The position numbers were made by a program, and so were the translations under genes. A DNA stretch of 64,000 nt. Origin: a bacterium. GTDB lineage: Bacteria; Zhuqueibacterota; Zhuqueibacteria; Residuimicrobiales; Krinioviventaceae. Positions 1 through 10,121 of the stretch are shown here, piece by piece. The first letter of the stretch is position 1; every line of letters starts with the position of its first letter. The notes beneath the pieces are model-generated. The model ran no database searches, was not told where the DNA came from, and worked only from the letters and a program-made list of their open reading frames with translations. The DNA lies in assembly GCA_963674595.2 (NCBI GenBank), contig CAXXFV010000025.1, positions 1-64,000 on the forward strand. The letters run 5' to 3'.

Positions 1-764
1 GAAGTTGATACTTTGGAGCTTAAGTTGAGTGATCAAAAATCCCCTGAAACAGTTCGTCTCATATCCTGGAATTACTTCGGCGTCTTGCAAATTTTCAACG
101 AAGAAAACGATACGGGGAAGGGCTCAAGTTTGAAATTTCTATGCCAACTGTAAATAATAAAACAAATGAAGATTTAACTTCGAAGCAGCTGGCTCGGCTA
201 TGGCGTGCTATCGAAGAAGATCATGATATTCAAATTAAAAATATGCTTAAATTATGTATGTTTACTAATTTAAGACGTGGTGAAATTTTCAATATGCAAT
301 GGTCGGATATTGACTTTAATAAAGGAGTTATATATTTACCTGAAACTAAATCAGGAAGGCCACAAGAAAAAGCATTAACTCCAATAGTCGAAGACATTTT
401 AAAAACCCACCCTAAAACTAAAAATAGTAAATATGTATTTCCCGGGCAAGATGGGAAAAAACGACAAGATGCAAGACGATCAGCAAATCGAATCTTAAAA
501 AGGGCTGGGCTAGTTGGTGTAATTCGTCCATTTCATGGTTTGCGACATCTATACGCAACAATAGGTGGAAACCTTGAAAACGTTAATCCAATTATTCTTC
601 AAGAGGATATGCGACACGCTGATCAAAAAACTACCAGTCGATATATTGCGACCCGAAGAGATAATTTAAAGGCTTATAACCAAAAAATAAATGATAGCAT
701 TTTAAAGAGCATCAAAGAGGGAATGGAAACGCTGGCACCAGATGATCAAACTAATGTAGCGTAA
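1..764 (+). pseudogene. Tyrosine recombinase/phage integrase, frameshifted near nt 57-62; N-terminus lies outside the window
   Basis: ORF 141-764 has LRRGEI, TKSG, HGLRH and MRH...TTSRY catalytic motifs. Frame 1 reads KSPETVR and the ORF frame continues HILELLRRLANF; removing 2 nt at cgt[ct]cat joins them. Confidence 0.85.
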
Positions 765-1049
765 ATCCTCACCTACTGATTCATTTTTAAATATTTTTTC
801 TGATTTTAATTCAAAAATACCTTTGTGTGTAATTTTGGTATGACAGTTGCCACTCATTTAGTAAAGTTTGCTTGATCAAGTTTATACTATTTTCTTTAGT
901 TTAGTAATACACAGAAAAAGTATTAAGGTAAAGTGGACACTAAAAAAAGCTATTTAAATCGATAATCACTTGGTCAGATCTGGAAATAAGGTACAAATAA
1001 TCCGAGTTTCAGGTATCAGCTATGACACAGATTGATTATTAGTTTTAAA

Positions 1050-1565
1050 TTAATTGTATTCAAAAATTGTTGCTTTACATTTTTGTGAAAGAACAAATGT
1101 TCCTAAAAGATATGAAGGATAATTTAGTATTTTGTTTTTTGTTAAAACAACTGATTTTTCTTCAAATTTAACAGTCAATTCACCTTCTTCAACAAATACA
1201 TATATTTCAAAAAATGTTGTTTGCCAAGGTTTGGTGAATTTACTATCTGAATCAATTTTTGATACACGACAATTTTCGTCAGAAAATACGGTTTGGATGT
1301 TTTTATTTTCTTCAAAATTATAATCAATAATTGAAATCACTTTTTCAATATCTGATTTATTATAACGGCTATTGAAAATAGCTTCTTGAGGAATGCCGAG
1401 AGATGTTTGAAGATGTAAGGCTAAGCTTAATTTTGGTTCTGCACCATGTTCGATGTTATAAATAGCAGTCTTTGAAACACGACACTTTTTTGCTAAATCA
1501 CCAAGTGAAAGTTTTCTTTTTTCTCGATAGTAAGTGACTAATTCTGAAAAAGTTTTATTTTGCAT
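1050..1565 (-). CDS. XRE-family HTH regulator with C-terminal cupin-like domain
   Basis: LSLGDLAKKCRVSKTAIYNIEHG HTH; EIYVFVEEGELTV cupin-like; likely start MQNKTF at 1565. Confidence 0.75.
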   Translation of the reverse strand: MQNKTFSELVTYYREKRKLSLGDLAKKCRVSKTAIYNIEHGAEPKLSLALHLQTSLGIPQEAIFNSRYNKSDIEKVISIIDYNFEENKNIQTVFSDENCRVSKIDSDSKFTKPWQTTFFEIYVFVEEGELTVKFEEKSVVLTKNKILNYPSYLLGTFVLSQKCKATIFEYN

Positions 1566-2089
1566 AAAAATTTCCTTTGGTTGGAGTAATAATTTTTGTT
1601 TTAATAAGAATGTACTTAATTGTGTGAAAAATACAGCGCTTGATATCGTTTCTGATTGAACCTGTTCGAATCTTTTAAAATAGTATCCCATGAATAATTA
1701 AATGCATTATATAGTCTACTAATAAAGAATATAAAAGTATAATGATGATTGATGAAAAATGCAAGTATTTTATGAAAAACGTTCATTAAACTTGTACAAA
1801 TTTTATATTTTTTTAAAAAAATGAATTTTTAGTACTTGACATTTTCCAAAAATTCGTTAACTTATATTAACGAAAGTAATAAATATTTGTAACGCTATAA
1901 ATTATATTTATTAAAATTTGGAACTGAAAAGCTTGGAAAAATCTGTAGAAGTTTTTAATGACAAAGGGGGTTAAGATACCCAGGATATTTTTTTGCAATA
2001 ACTGTTAATTAAACTTGACGTAATTCATTTTACGCGTTAAATTCAGGCATGATGGTATTTTAAATGAAAAGTATTGTACTATAAAAAAT

Positions 2090-2253
2090 TACCTTGATAG
2101 TCAATTCGACAAAGAAGCAAATTTTTATGTCCTAAAACAAACTAAAATGCCAGCTATTTTAACAGAAAATTTTTTCATGGACAGGTTGAATCCAGATTTT
2201 AAAATTTTATCTTCTCCGGAAGGTATTCGAAAAATCGTCGAATTACATTATTA
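2090..2253 (+). pseudogene. C-terminal remnant of N-acetylmuramoyl-L-alanine amidase (Amidase_3)
   Basis: Manual translation DKEANFYVLKQTKMPAILTENFFMD; no N-terminal half or clear start; not in the ORF track. Confidence 0.7.
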
Positions 2254-2366
2254 AGCAATTTTGATTGTATCAGGATTATCTGATTGGAAAATTTTAAGTA
2301 GTGGGTTAAACCAATTAAATTTTTATTCGAAATTTAACACAGTCAATTAATAAGTTTGTAAAATCA

Positions 2367-2792
2367 TTGAAAATTATCAAAAACCATCTGTGTATTATTA
2401 AAAACGTGCAGTCTCGGTGCCCGGGTACAATAAATACAATTTCGAGCATAAGTTCAAAGCCCGTGAAGGGCAGAAAATCTTGGTGTCCGTGGCAACGTAT
2501 AACAAGGACCCGTCCTGACCGCAGTATAAATATCTGGTCGGCCAACTCATCAAAGACTGGCTGGCGGACTGCCAGGGATTTACACTGCGCCTGGGCATTA
2601 ACTTTCGAGTTGCATTTTAATAAACGTAAGTACCAGGTTTGCAATCTGGACAGGTCAAACACCATCATTGAAAAGGTATTTCCTATTTCAAAAGAACATA
2701 CAAACCGTGAACAGTTGATGCACATCATAGATAGCATGATTGCGCTGATTAACGAGATCGATCCGGATTTCCCCGTCAGTACCTATCATTAA
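2367..2792 (+). CDS. Hypothetical phage protein
   Basis: ORF coupled (TAATG) to the next gene in a GC-richer phage module; start uncertain. Confidence 0.4.
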   Translation: MKIIKNHLCIIKNVQSRCPGTINTISSISSKPVKGRKSWCPWQRITRTRPDRSINIWSANSSKTGWRTARDLHCAWALTFELHFNKRKYQVCNLDRSNTIIEKVFPISKEHTNREQLMHIIDSMIALINEIDPDFPVSTYH

Positions 2793-3139
2793 TGGATGAA
2801 ATTGTACAAAGATTACCTTATGAGCAAGGAGGAACGATGATAATTCAACAAGTGGACAATTGGATTTTCGAGAAGTTTGTAAAACTGTGTTATCAGGGTA
2901 CGTTGAAAGAGTTTTTGGCCGAATTTAAAATACTGCCGGATTGGTCATTTCGTCCGGTGGAAACGGACCCGGATGAAAATTTCTGGTGGCTGGGTCAACG
3001 TTCGGTGGACCGGTTCCTCAACCTCAAAAAAATCTATATCGACGATGTGGTTGCCATAAAGCAGTCCGATGCCGATGCGGGATTCACACCCCTGCCCCGG
3101 GCCAATAATCCACTTTCATTCAAGCGGGCCGTATCATGA
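2792..3139 (+). CDS. Hypothetical phage protein
   Basis: ATGA overlap with 3136 gene. Confidence 0.55.
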   Translation: MDEIVQRLPYEQGGTMIIQQVDNWIFEKFVKLCYQGTLKEFLAEFKILPDWSFRPVETDPDENFWWLGQRSVDRFLNLKKIYIDDVVAIKQSDADAGFTPLPRANNPLSFKRAVS

Positions 3140-4077
3140 CCCGGCTTACCGATACGGAAAAATGGGAAAAATTGTTGCTGTCCATTACCCATATTCCCAC
3201 ACGATTGTTTGTCATGTATTTCTGGGACAAGTGTTCCCACGCGGGCATTCTGTCGAAAAACGAGGCGCTGTTTAAGGTTTATTGCGGACCCGATTTTTCC
3301 CTGGAAAAAGCCAAACAGGAACTGGGCGACAAAATGCTGGAGATCGATAACGGTAAAAAACTGTGGTTTGTGGGCTTTGTGGAATTTCAGGAAAAGGGCC
3401 GGCTCTCCACCGCGCACAACCGGAAAAATCAGGCGCTTAAGGAGCTGCAAAAATACGGTCTGCTGGACCTTATATGTCTGGATAAATCCACAGAACCCGG
3501 TAAAAACAACCTTTTGCACGATGTTTATATTATTTCCGATGTGCTTTTGCAGAATGATGTGGGCGGTCCTTTAGGTAACTGTTACCTGCCCCCCAGGTTA
3601 CAGGTACAGGAAAAGGTATCGGTAACGGAAGAGGTAAGGGAACCGGTAAAAGATAAAGCAGCATTGGCAAAAACAATTCCGCTGCAGGATTTCCGGTTCA
3701 TCGAGTCGTTTTTGGAAATTCATCCGGAATACAACGCCATGCTGGCATCTAATCAGTTTCGTGAGGACGATCCCTATTATTTGTTATATAAACGTTTAAA
3801 ACTGATTTGCAACGGTGATATGATAGGAGGGATGTCCGGATTCCAGGCCCTGAAAACGGCGGTGGAAAACATTAAACAACAAGAGTGGTTTGGCAACAAC
3901 GGCGGTCTGTTTATGCTGATCAATCCCCAAAAATCCGTGGAAAACGCCAAAACCAACATTGCCAAATACATGCGAAAGGCGGCACATGCACATTCCGGAG
4001 GTAATAAAACAAAAACAACTCGACCCTCAGCTCAAAGAGGCGCTGGCCAACCAACGGTTCGCGTCCTTTCGCTCTGA
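3136..4077 (+). CDS. Putative phage replication initiator/replisome organiser
   Basis: N-terminal RLTDTEKW...YFWDKCSHAGI segment typical of phage replication proteins; directly upstream of a DnaC-like ATPase. Confidence 0.6.
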   Translation: MTRLTDTEKWEKLLLSITHIPTRLFVMYFWDKCSHAGILSKNEALFKVYCGPDFSLEKAKQELGDKMLEIDNGKKLWFVGFVEFQEKGRLSTAHNRKNQALKELQKYGLLDLICLDKSTEPGKNNLLHDVYIISDVLLQNDVGGPLGNCYLPPRLQVQEKVSVTEEVREPVKDKAALAKTIPLQDFRFIESFLEIHPEYNAMLASNQFREDDPYYLLYKRLKLICNGDMIGGMSGFQALKTAVENIKQQEWFGNNGGLFMLINPQKSVENAKTNIAKYMRKAAHAHSGGNKTKTTRPSAQRGAGQPTVRVLSL

Positions 4078-4663
4078 GAAACTGCGGATGTTTTTGATCG
4101 ACATGGGCATTGGGCCGCTTTACTGGAACATTGACGAGGACCGGCTGGCCGGCAAAAGTGTGGTTGAGGAATATGTCAGCGATTTGAAAAACAACATCCT
4201 GGCCGGCCGGGGACTGGTGCTCAGCGGCACGGTCGGGGTGGGCAAAACCACGGCCCTGTGTTATATCGCCAAAAAAGTGTTTGGACTGGGCGACATCACC
4301 AAATCCGAATACAACGACGGCTGGCACCCGGTTAAATACCGGCCTTTTTGCAGTGTCAAATTCTCGTCCATAAATCACCTGTTCAGCCAGTTTTTTCAGA
4401 AAAACCGGGCGGCGGACGAGTTTAAAAACTGCAAACTGCTGCTGCTGGACGATTTTGGACGCGAGTATCAGCACGATTTCCCGGTGTCGGCTTTTGAAGA
4501 TTTTGTGGAACACCGATACGCCAATTTACTGCCCACGGTCATCACCACCAATCTGGCTGCTAAACAACTGCGGGACCTGGATATTTACACCCGGGTGGTG
4601 GACCGCTGGTCGGATAAAAAGTTATTTAAATATGTGGAGATTCAGGGCATGTCACAGAGATGA
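3959..4663 (+). CDS. DnaC/IstB-like AAA+ helicase loader
   Basis: Walker A GTVGVGKT, Walker B LLLLDDFG, PTVITTNL, RVVDR. Confidence 0.85.
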   Translation: MPNTCERRHMHIPEVIKQKQLDPQLKEALANQRFASFRSEKLRMFLIDMGIGPLYWNIDEDRLAGKSVVEEYVSDLKNNILAGRGLVLSGTVGVGKTTALCYIAKKVFGLGDITKSEYNDGWHPVKYRPFCSVKFSSINHLFSQFFQKNRAADEFKNCKLLLLDDFGREYQHDFPVSAFEDFVEHRYANLLPTVITTNLAAKQLRDLDIYTRVVDRWSDKKLFKYVEIQGMSQR

Positions 4664-4786
4664 GTTATGAGATTTCTGGTAGACAACGTTTAGGCTGGAC
4701 GCGAACGTAACAGGTTTGTGTCGGAGCTGTATCTGGTGGACATTGAAAAATTGAGACAGGAATCCAACGATAATGTTTAGCGTATT

Positions 4787-5224
4787 TTGGACATCAACGC
4801 CGACGATTCGGACCAAGTTGTGTTTTTGGCAAAAGAGTTACAAGCATCCCGACCAGGCAAAGTATGGCTATGTTGGTATAAAAAAGGGGGGAGTTTGCAG
4901 GATCAGACAGTTGATATTGATAATAAAATTATCGCTCTTGACCGGACACAAGCACTTGATCGTGTTCTAAAGAATATTTTAAAAAGTGAGCAGGATGGAT
5001 TTATCCTTCCTAGAAATTGGAGAAAAGTATCTGATGGAGAGTTATTGGACCATTTTACATTGCCAGTCAGGTATTTTGATCCTAATACGAATCGTCAGGT
5101 TTGGAGTAAGCCCATTAGTGGAGACCACTTACTTCATGCAGCAGTTTATTCGTTAATCAGTGAAGAAATTGGTGGAACAATAGGGGGATCGATGGTGTGG
5201 AGCAGGGCTGGAAAGGCCAGATAA
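4787..5224 (+). pseudogene. C-terminal nuclease remnant of phage terminase large subunit (GpA-like)
   Basis: PGKVWLCWY, DRTQALD and DHLLHAAVY motifs; ATPase part absent. Confidence 0.6.
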
Positions 5225-5244
5225 ATTTAATAGAAAGGAATGAT

Positions 5245-5439
5245 ATGCCAGTACAAATAAATCCTAAATTAGAATCAACAAAGAAGCGTTTGACGATATT
5301 AAGAAATCATATTTATGATATGAGTAAAATATTTGAAAAAAGTGGTTCTAAAAGTCCGGCAAGTGATGCGATTCGAGAGGTATCTAGAAAGACTGGATTT
5401 TCTGAGAGTTATTTACGTGATGTTTATTACAAGTATTGA
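5245..5439 (+). CDS. Small HTH-like protein
   Basis: RBS AAGGA before MPVQ; AIREVSRKTGFSESYLRDVYY resembles an HTH. Confidence 0.5.
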   Translation: MPVQINPKLESTKKRLTILRNHIYDMSKIFEKSGSKSPASDAIREVSRKTGFSESYLRDVYYKY

Positions 5440-5473
5440 GGTCGTGAAAAGCAAATAATTAAATAGCTTGTCA

Positions 5474-5501
5474 AGCCCTACAGTGATGCGGGGCTTTTTT
5501 T
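5474..5501 (+). terminator. Intrinsic terminator
   Basis: AGCCC...GGGCT stem followed by a T run. Confidence 0.6.
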
Positions 5502-5536
5502 GATGGGAAGGGGGGGATAAATTTTTTAAAAACAGC

Positions 5537-5704
5537 TTGCAGGACAAATTAAAAATTTGTATCATTATTTTATCAGACAAAAGGACGATTTTTCAGGACA
5601 ATTTGGTCGTACACGGGAGAGCCTGATACCTTTGGCTGATTTACCACGTTTAAATCATATATATGGGAAGTTACAACACTTACGAGGATGAGATTGAGTC
5701 GGTT
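5537..5704 (+). ncRNA. Sigma70-like promoter plus candidate structured ncRNA, copy A
   Basis: TTGCAG-17-TATCAT, then nested stems ATCAG/CTGAT, AAAGG/CCTTT, TCAGG/CCTGA; homologous copy at 53847-54008. Confidence 0.5.
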
Positions 5705-5929
5705 AGTTAGTCATATTCCCGTTGGTTTACGGTTAATTACTTTTGGGTTGGGTGGGGTGTGCCTATGATAAATAGGAAAATTTTTTAAAGATAAATAGTC
5801 TATTTATTTGTAATTTGAATTTATCATAGTTGTGCAATATATATTTGAAAAAATGGTTTTGTAGTCTTTAGTTAGTCATTATACTTTTTAAATATTATAC
5901 AAATTTTAACACTAAAATTTATAATTAAA

Positions 5930-8308
5930 ATGAATGAAAATTTAGATAAAAATCATAAAACTATAAATATTTTTTATAGTTATTCCCATAAAGATGAAAA
6001 ATATCATAGAGATTTAGAAAGGCATCTTTCCATTTTAAAACGACAAAATATTATATCAGATTGGCATGATCGAATGATATGTGCAGGAAATGAGTTGGAA
6101 ACTGAAATTAACAAAAACCTTATGAATTCAGATATTATTCTTCTATTAATAAGTCCAAATTTTATTGCCTCAGATTATTGTTATGATATTGAAATGCAAA
6201 TTGCTCTGCAAAGACATAATAATGGAGATGCTTCTGTAATTCCAATTATTGTAAAACCTTCTAAATGGGATGCCACACCTTTTGCAAAGCTAAAAGCACT
6301 TCCTAAGGATGGTAAGCCTATTACTTTATGGAGAAATCGAGATGAAGCTTGGCTAGATATCGTTAATCAAATTCAATTAAAATGTAATGAAATTTGTAGA
6401 CAAAATAATTTGTTTAATGAACTTTCAAATTATGAATCAAATGAAAGTAAATCGGAAATTAATACGACGAATAAACTGAATCAGGATACACAAATAAAAA
6501 ATTATAAAAAATTTACAAATGAATACAAAAAAGTATTAGAAAAACAAATTTTTGAAAACTATGAATTATATTCGAAATTCGCTGAAAAGTATAAATTTAC
6601 AAATAATACCGATGAACAAAAGGATGAAATATGGATTTTAAATAAATATAAGAAATTAGTAAGTACCTATATAAGAATCTATTTCCATATGTGTGAAAAA
6701 GAACAACTTCCTTTCAACCCATCAATTGTTGAAATTGCGACATCTATAAATGAAAATCATATTACTGAGAAAATTAGCAATATTGCAAATATTAAAAATG
6801 AAAGCATATATACTTATTTAAACGGAACAAAAACAATACAAGTAGAGGTGTCTCAGCTGTTTAGAATTGCTGATTTATTAATACAACCCGAAAACGTTAG
6901 GGCGAAAAAGTTTTATGATACAATTACAAATATCGATAAAATGCGTCGCACTTTCAATAAATGTGCTACCTTTAAAATTGGAGAATTAGGTGAATTAAAA
7001 CCTATCATTGCAAGTAAGTATGTGTGCGATAATTTTTGGCGAATGGGAGTTCCTGATTTTAGGTTCACTTCAAATGCGCTTTGTTTTATACCTTTTCAAT
7101 TAAATTTTTTACAATCTAAAATATTATATGAATTGAATATAATCCCAGACTCAATATTAGAATCTTCTCTTTTGAAGGGTTGGGATAGCATACAAAACAA
7201 ACAAATTAGTGCGCGATTAAGAATTTATCCACCTGGGGTTGGAGTTATAAAATTAAAAATGGTTTTATCATTCAAAAATGCCGTTAACATAGAAATTGTA
7301 TCACAAATTGCCAGAAATGTAGAAGAACTCCTTTTTGTAGATCCTGATGGCCTAAAAAAACCCTGTGAAACACTATTTTTAGAGATAATTGAGGAAGTTA
7401 TACAAAACATGTTTTTAGAAGAGGGATTTTCATATGATGAAAGACGATGGCGCCCTCCAAATACAACCTTTAGTTTTCGCGATGATTTTGGATTTAACCC
7501 TGAAGAGAATGTAGATGAATTAGCATATTTATTATCTTTGGCACCTCAAAATCAAGAAAATATCCGCTTTTTGAGAAATCGAATATTTAAAATGCTTAAA
7601 AGTCCTCATTGGAAAAGAGATAAAATTTTTACTGTTGTTGGACAAGGAGTTTCTTTATCTTTTATAAAAAGCACATGTGCAACTGGTAGAAGAAATAAAA
7701 TTAAAAATTTATATAAATGGATAGACGAAACATGTGATATGGTTTCAGCTGCTGCATATGCAGAACATGAATTTGAAGAAGAAATTGAAAAGATTGCGGG
7801 ACCCCGACTTTTAGATCATACCTGGTTAGAAGACAATAGTCCAAAATTGAATTATCTTCTAAATCTCATTTTTACAATGAGAAATGTAATGCAAGCTATA
7901 TTTTCAATAAAAAAACATTTGCAAAAACAAGGAACTGGAATCTTAATGGCGTATGCAAGAGATATTTGGACATATAATAATCCTGTAAATTTAAATGAGC
8001 TTTCTAAAGGATTAGATTATATTTTGAACTGGATTAAAAAAGCTCAAGCACAGCATTCAAACCTTGCTTTAGAAAAAATATCTGCTCATTTAGAAGATAT
8101 AAAAAATATGACATCACCTTTCTCTATCCATGAAAACGGTTATCTCAAAAAAGTTGATACTGAACTTCAAGAAGAATTGGAAACGCAAATTCTAGTTCAA
8201 CTTTCAGAAATAAATAATGTAATAAGGGATAACGATTTTGACTTTAATGATAAACTTAACAATCAGTTTAAAAATATATTAATCAATCGTAGATTACTTG
8301 GTATATAG
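5930..8308 (+). CDS. TIR-domain protein with long uncharacterised C-terminus
   Basis: IFYSYSHKDE...SDIILLLISPNFIASDYCYDIEM...VIPIIV TIR_2 signature with catalytic Glu position. Confidence 0.85.
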   Translation: MNENLDKNHKTINIFYSYSHKDEKYHRDLERHLSILKRQNIISDWHDRMICAGNELETEINKNLMNSDIILLLISPNFIASDYCYDIEMQIALQRHNNGDASVIPIIVKPSKWDATPFAKLKALPKDGKPITLWRNRDEAWLDIVNQIQLKCNEICRQNNLFNELSNYESNESKSEINTTNKLNQDTQIKNYKKFTNEYKKVLEKQIFENYELYSKFAEKYKFTNNTDEQKDEIWILNKYKKLVSTYIRIYFHMCEKEQLPFNPSIVEIATSINENHITEKISNIANIKNESIYTYLNGTKTIQVEVSQLFRIADLLIQPENVRAKKFYDTITNIDKMRRTFNKCATFKIGELGELKPIIASKYVCDNFWRMGVPDFRFTSNALCFIPFQLNFLQSKILYELNIIPDSILESSLLKGWDSIQNKQISARLRIYPPGVGVIKLKMVLSFKNAVNIEIVSQIARNVEELLFVDPDGLKKPCETLFLEIIEEVIQNMFLEEGFSYDERRWRPPNTTFSFRDDFGFNPEENVDELAYLLSLAPQNQENIRFLRNRIFKMLKSPHWKRDKIFTVVGQGVSLSFIKSTCATGRRNKIKNLYKWIDETCDMVSAAAYAEHEFEEEIEKIAGPRLLDHTWLEDNSPKLNYLLNLIFTMRNVMQAIFSIKKHLQKQGTGILMAYARDIWTYNNPVNLNELSKGLDYILNWIKKAQAQHSNLALEKISAHLEDIKNMTSPFSIHENGYLKKVDTELQEELETQILVQLSEINNVIRDNDFDFNDKLNNQFKNILINRRLLGI

Positions 8309-8322
8309 GTACATTATTATAA

Positions 8323-9085
8323 TAACCTAGTGGCAGTTCCGTGGTTTTTAATTACGTGAGTGGCTTGAATTTTGTCGTTTTCAAGGCTGGCCTTCAAAAA
8401 TTGAAGTGATACAGCAATTTGAAGATTGTTAAAATCGAGTTGCAGTCACTTTTAAACGACGAAAGTGGCAAAAGAGAATTGAGAGGAGGTGTGTATATGT
8501 GAGTAGGGCGCTTTGCGCCAAATAAAACAATCAATCCTGTGTTAAATGAATTAGGTTTTTTATTGAAAATCTTTGAAAAAACTGAAGTTAAGTTTTTTCA
8601 ATGCTGAACAGATTAATAAAAAATAAAAACTTGAAATATTTAATCAAGAAAGGAAGGAAAGTTGCTTAGAAGCCCATCGGGCTTAGCTTATTATCCAATT
8701 AAAAATAAGTAACTTAAGAAATTAACGTCATGACTCAGATTTGAGTTTAATGCTAGAAAAGGCTGGTTAAATAAGTGGGGTAATGTGCCAACTAGCACTC
8801 AATGTGAGAGTATAATCACATGCTTAATATGATAGCTAAATCATGTGCTTAATTTGAGAGCTAATTCAAGTACTTAGTACGAGAGTAAAGTCGTATGCTT
8901 AGCTTGAGAGCTAATTCAAGTACTTAGTACGAGAGTAAAGTCGTATGCTTAGCTTGAGAGCTAATTCAAGTGCTTTGTACGTGAGCAAAATCGTATAAAA
9001 TCTTGAGATATATCTCAAGTGCTTGCTGCATGAGAGCGATGTCATGCCAACTCAATTTTACTTTTTCTATTATGCCACTAGGTTA
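8323..9085. mobile_element. Non-coding element bounded by 13-bp inverted repeats (MITE-like)
   Basis: TAACCTAGTGGCA at 8323-8335 and TGCCACTAGGTTA at 9073-9085; no ORF inside; no clear target duplication. Confidence 0.5.
8803..9046 (+). repeat. Array of ten ~25-bp units, each a 5-bp stem with an 8-nt loop
   Basis: Pattern TRCTTAR-NNNGA-(gagNNNNN)-TCNNN, with stems covarying between units. Confidence 0.9.
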
Positions 9086-9272
9086 CTTATTTATTTTCCC
9101 ACCCAGAAATTTTTTTCAATTATTGAGTGGGTACATAATTCAATGCCACCAATTAACAAAGCCTTGGTGAAAATGTTGGGTTCATAAAAATAACCAAACT
9201 TACATTTGTAAATATGGATATAGAAATGTATTGAAACTATGTTAGCCACTCATATTAAGATACGGAAATGGA

Positions 9273-10121
9273 ATGTGCTGGACTTCGGAACATATTAAAT
9301 GGTTCGTCGACACCGGTGTACGACTGAATACCGCTGACGGCAAGGAGATCGCGGTTTGGGAGTTCCGTCATAAGAAAGACGAGGCGGTGCTCTCCGCTTG
9401 GGCGAAACACTTTCGTAATCATTACTGCTTGGATACAGAGATCGATTCCCTCCGTGGCAAACGCACGCGATTAGATTATCTGACCAATATCAAGTTCCCT
9501 TGTAAAACAACCAACCTCGGCCCAGGAATCAGAGCAGGAGATTTTGGGGAAATCCTAGTTGCTGATTACCTGCAATGGCTTCTAGGTTATTGGGTGCCCA
9601 GGGTACGGTGGGCATCGAAGGTTGTTCGAGATGAATCACCTAAAGGCAGCGATGTAATTGGTTTCCGATTCCACAAAAGAGATGGCGAAGCCTCCCCCCA
9701 GGATGTGCTGTTTGTCTTTGAATCCAAAACGAAGTTTTCCAGCTCAAGGATCAATCGGTTACAAGATGCCATCAATGATTCGGCAAAAGATCACATTCGA
9801 ATCGATGAATCGCTGAACTTCATAAAGCAAAAGTTATTTGAAAAAAGGGAAATCGAACAGGCTCAAAAGATCGAGAGATTTCAAAACCCTGTAGATATGC
9901 CTTATGAGGAAACCTACGGAGCTGCGGCTATCATTTCTGATGAGTGTTTCGATTCCGAAGAATTGGCTTCGGCAGATTGCAACAAAATCCCAAAATTTTC
10001 AAAATCTAAGAAGTACTTTCCTCATCCTAATGGTGACAGCCTTGTCCTCTTGGTTATCAGGGGACCTGGCATGATGCAACTAGTCCATGAGCTTTACAGG
10101 AGGGCTGCGGATGAGGCCTGA
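9273..10121 (+). CDS. hamA: Hachiman defence nuclease HamA (DUF1837)
   Basis: GDFGEILV, PKGSDVIG, ESK PD-(D/E)XK-like motifs; overlaps an SF2 helicase gene. Confidence 0.8.
   Translation: MCWTSEHIKWFVDTGVRLNTADGKEIAVWEFRHKKDEAVLSAWAKHFRNHYCLDTEIDSLRGKRTRLDYLTNIKFPCKTTNLGPGIRAGDFGEILVADYLQWLLGYWVPRVRWASKVVRDESPKGSDVIGFRFHKRDGEASPQDVLFVFESKTKFSSSRINRLQDAINDSAKDHIRIDESLNFIKQKLFEKREIEQAQKIERFQNPVDMPYEETYGAAAIISDECFDSEELASADCNKIPKFSKSKKYFPHPNGDSLVLLVIRGPGMMQLVHELYRRAADEA

Noticed and set aside
3959-4663. IS21 istB
   Set aside because: No istA or IS21 ends; context is a phage replication module.
5572-5704. IS110 bridge RNA or c-di-GMP riboswitch
   Set aside because: No IS110 recombinase adjacent to either copy; riboswitch consensus motifs not matched.
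8803-8820. CRP site TGTGA..TCACA
   Set aside because: Spacer is 8 rather than 6 bp and the other units covary away from the consensus.
8803-9046. CRISPR or TIGR array
   Set aside because: No unique spacers of suitable length, units recur identically, and no cas or Nop-domain gene is nearby.
9090-9240. intI remnant upstream of the cassette
   Set aside because: No convincing integrase translation on the minus strand.
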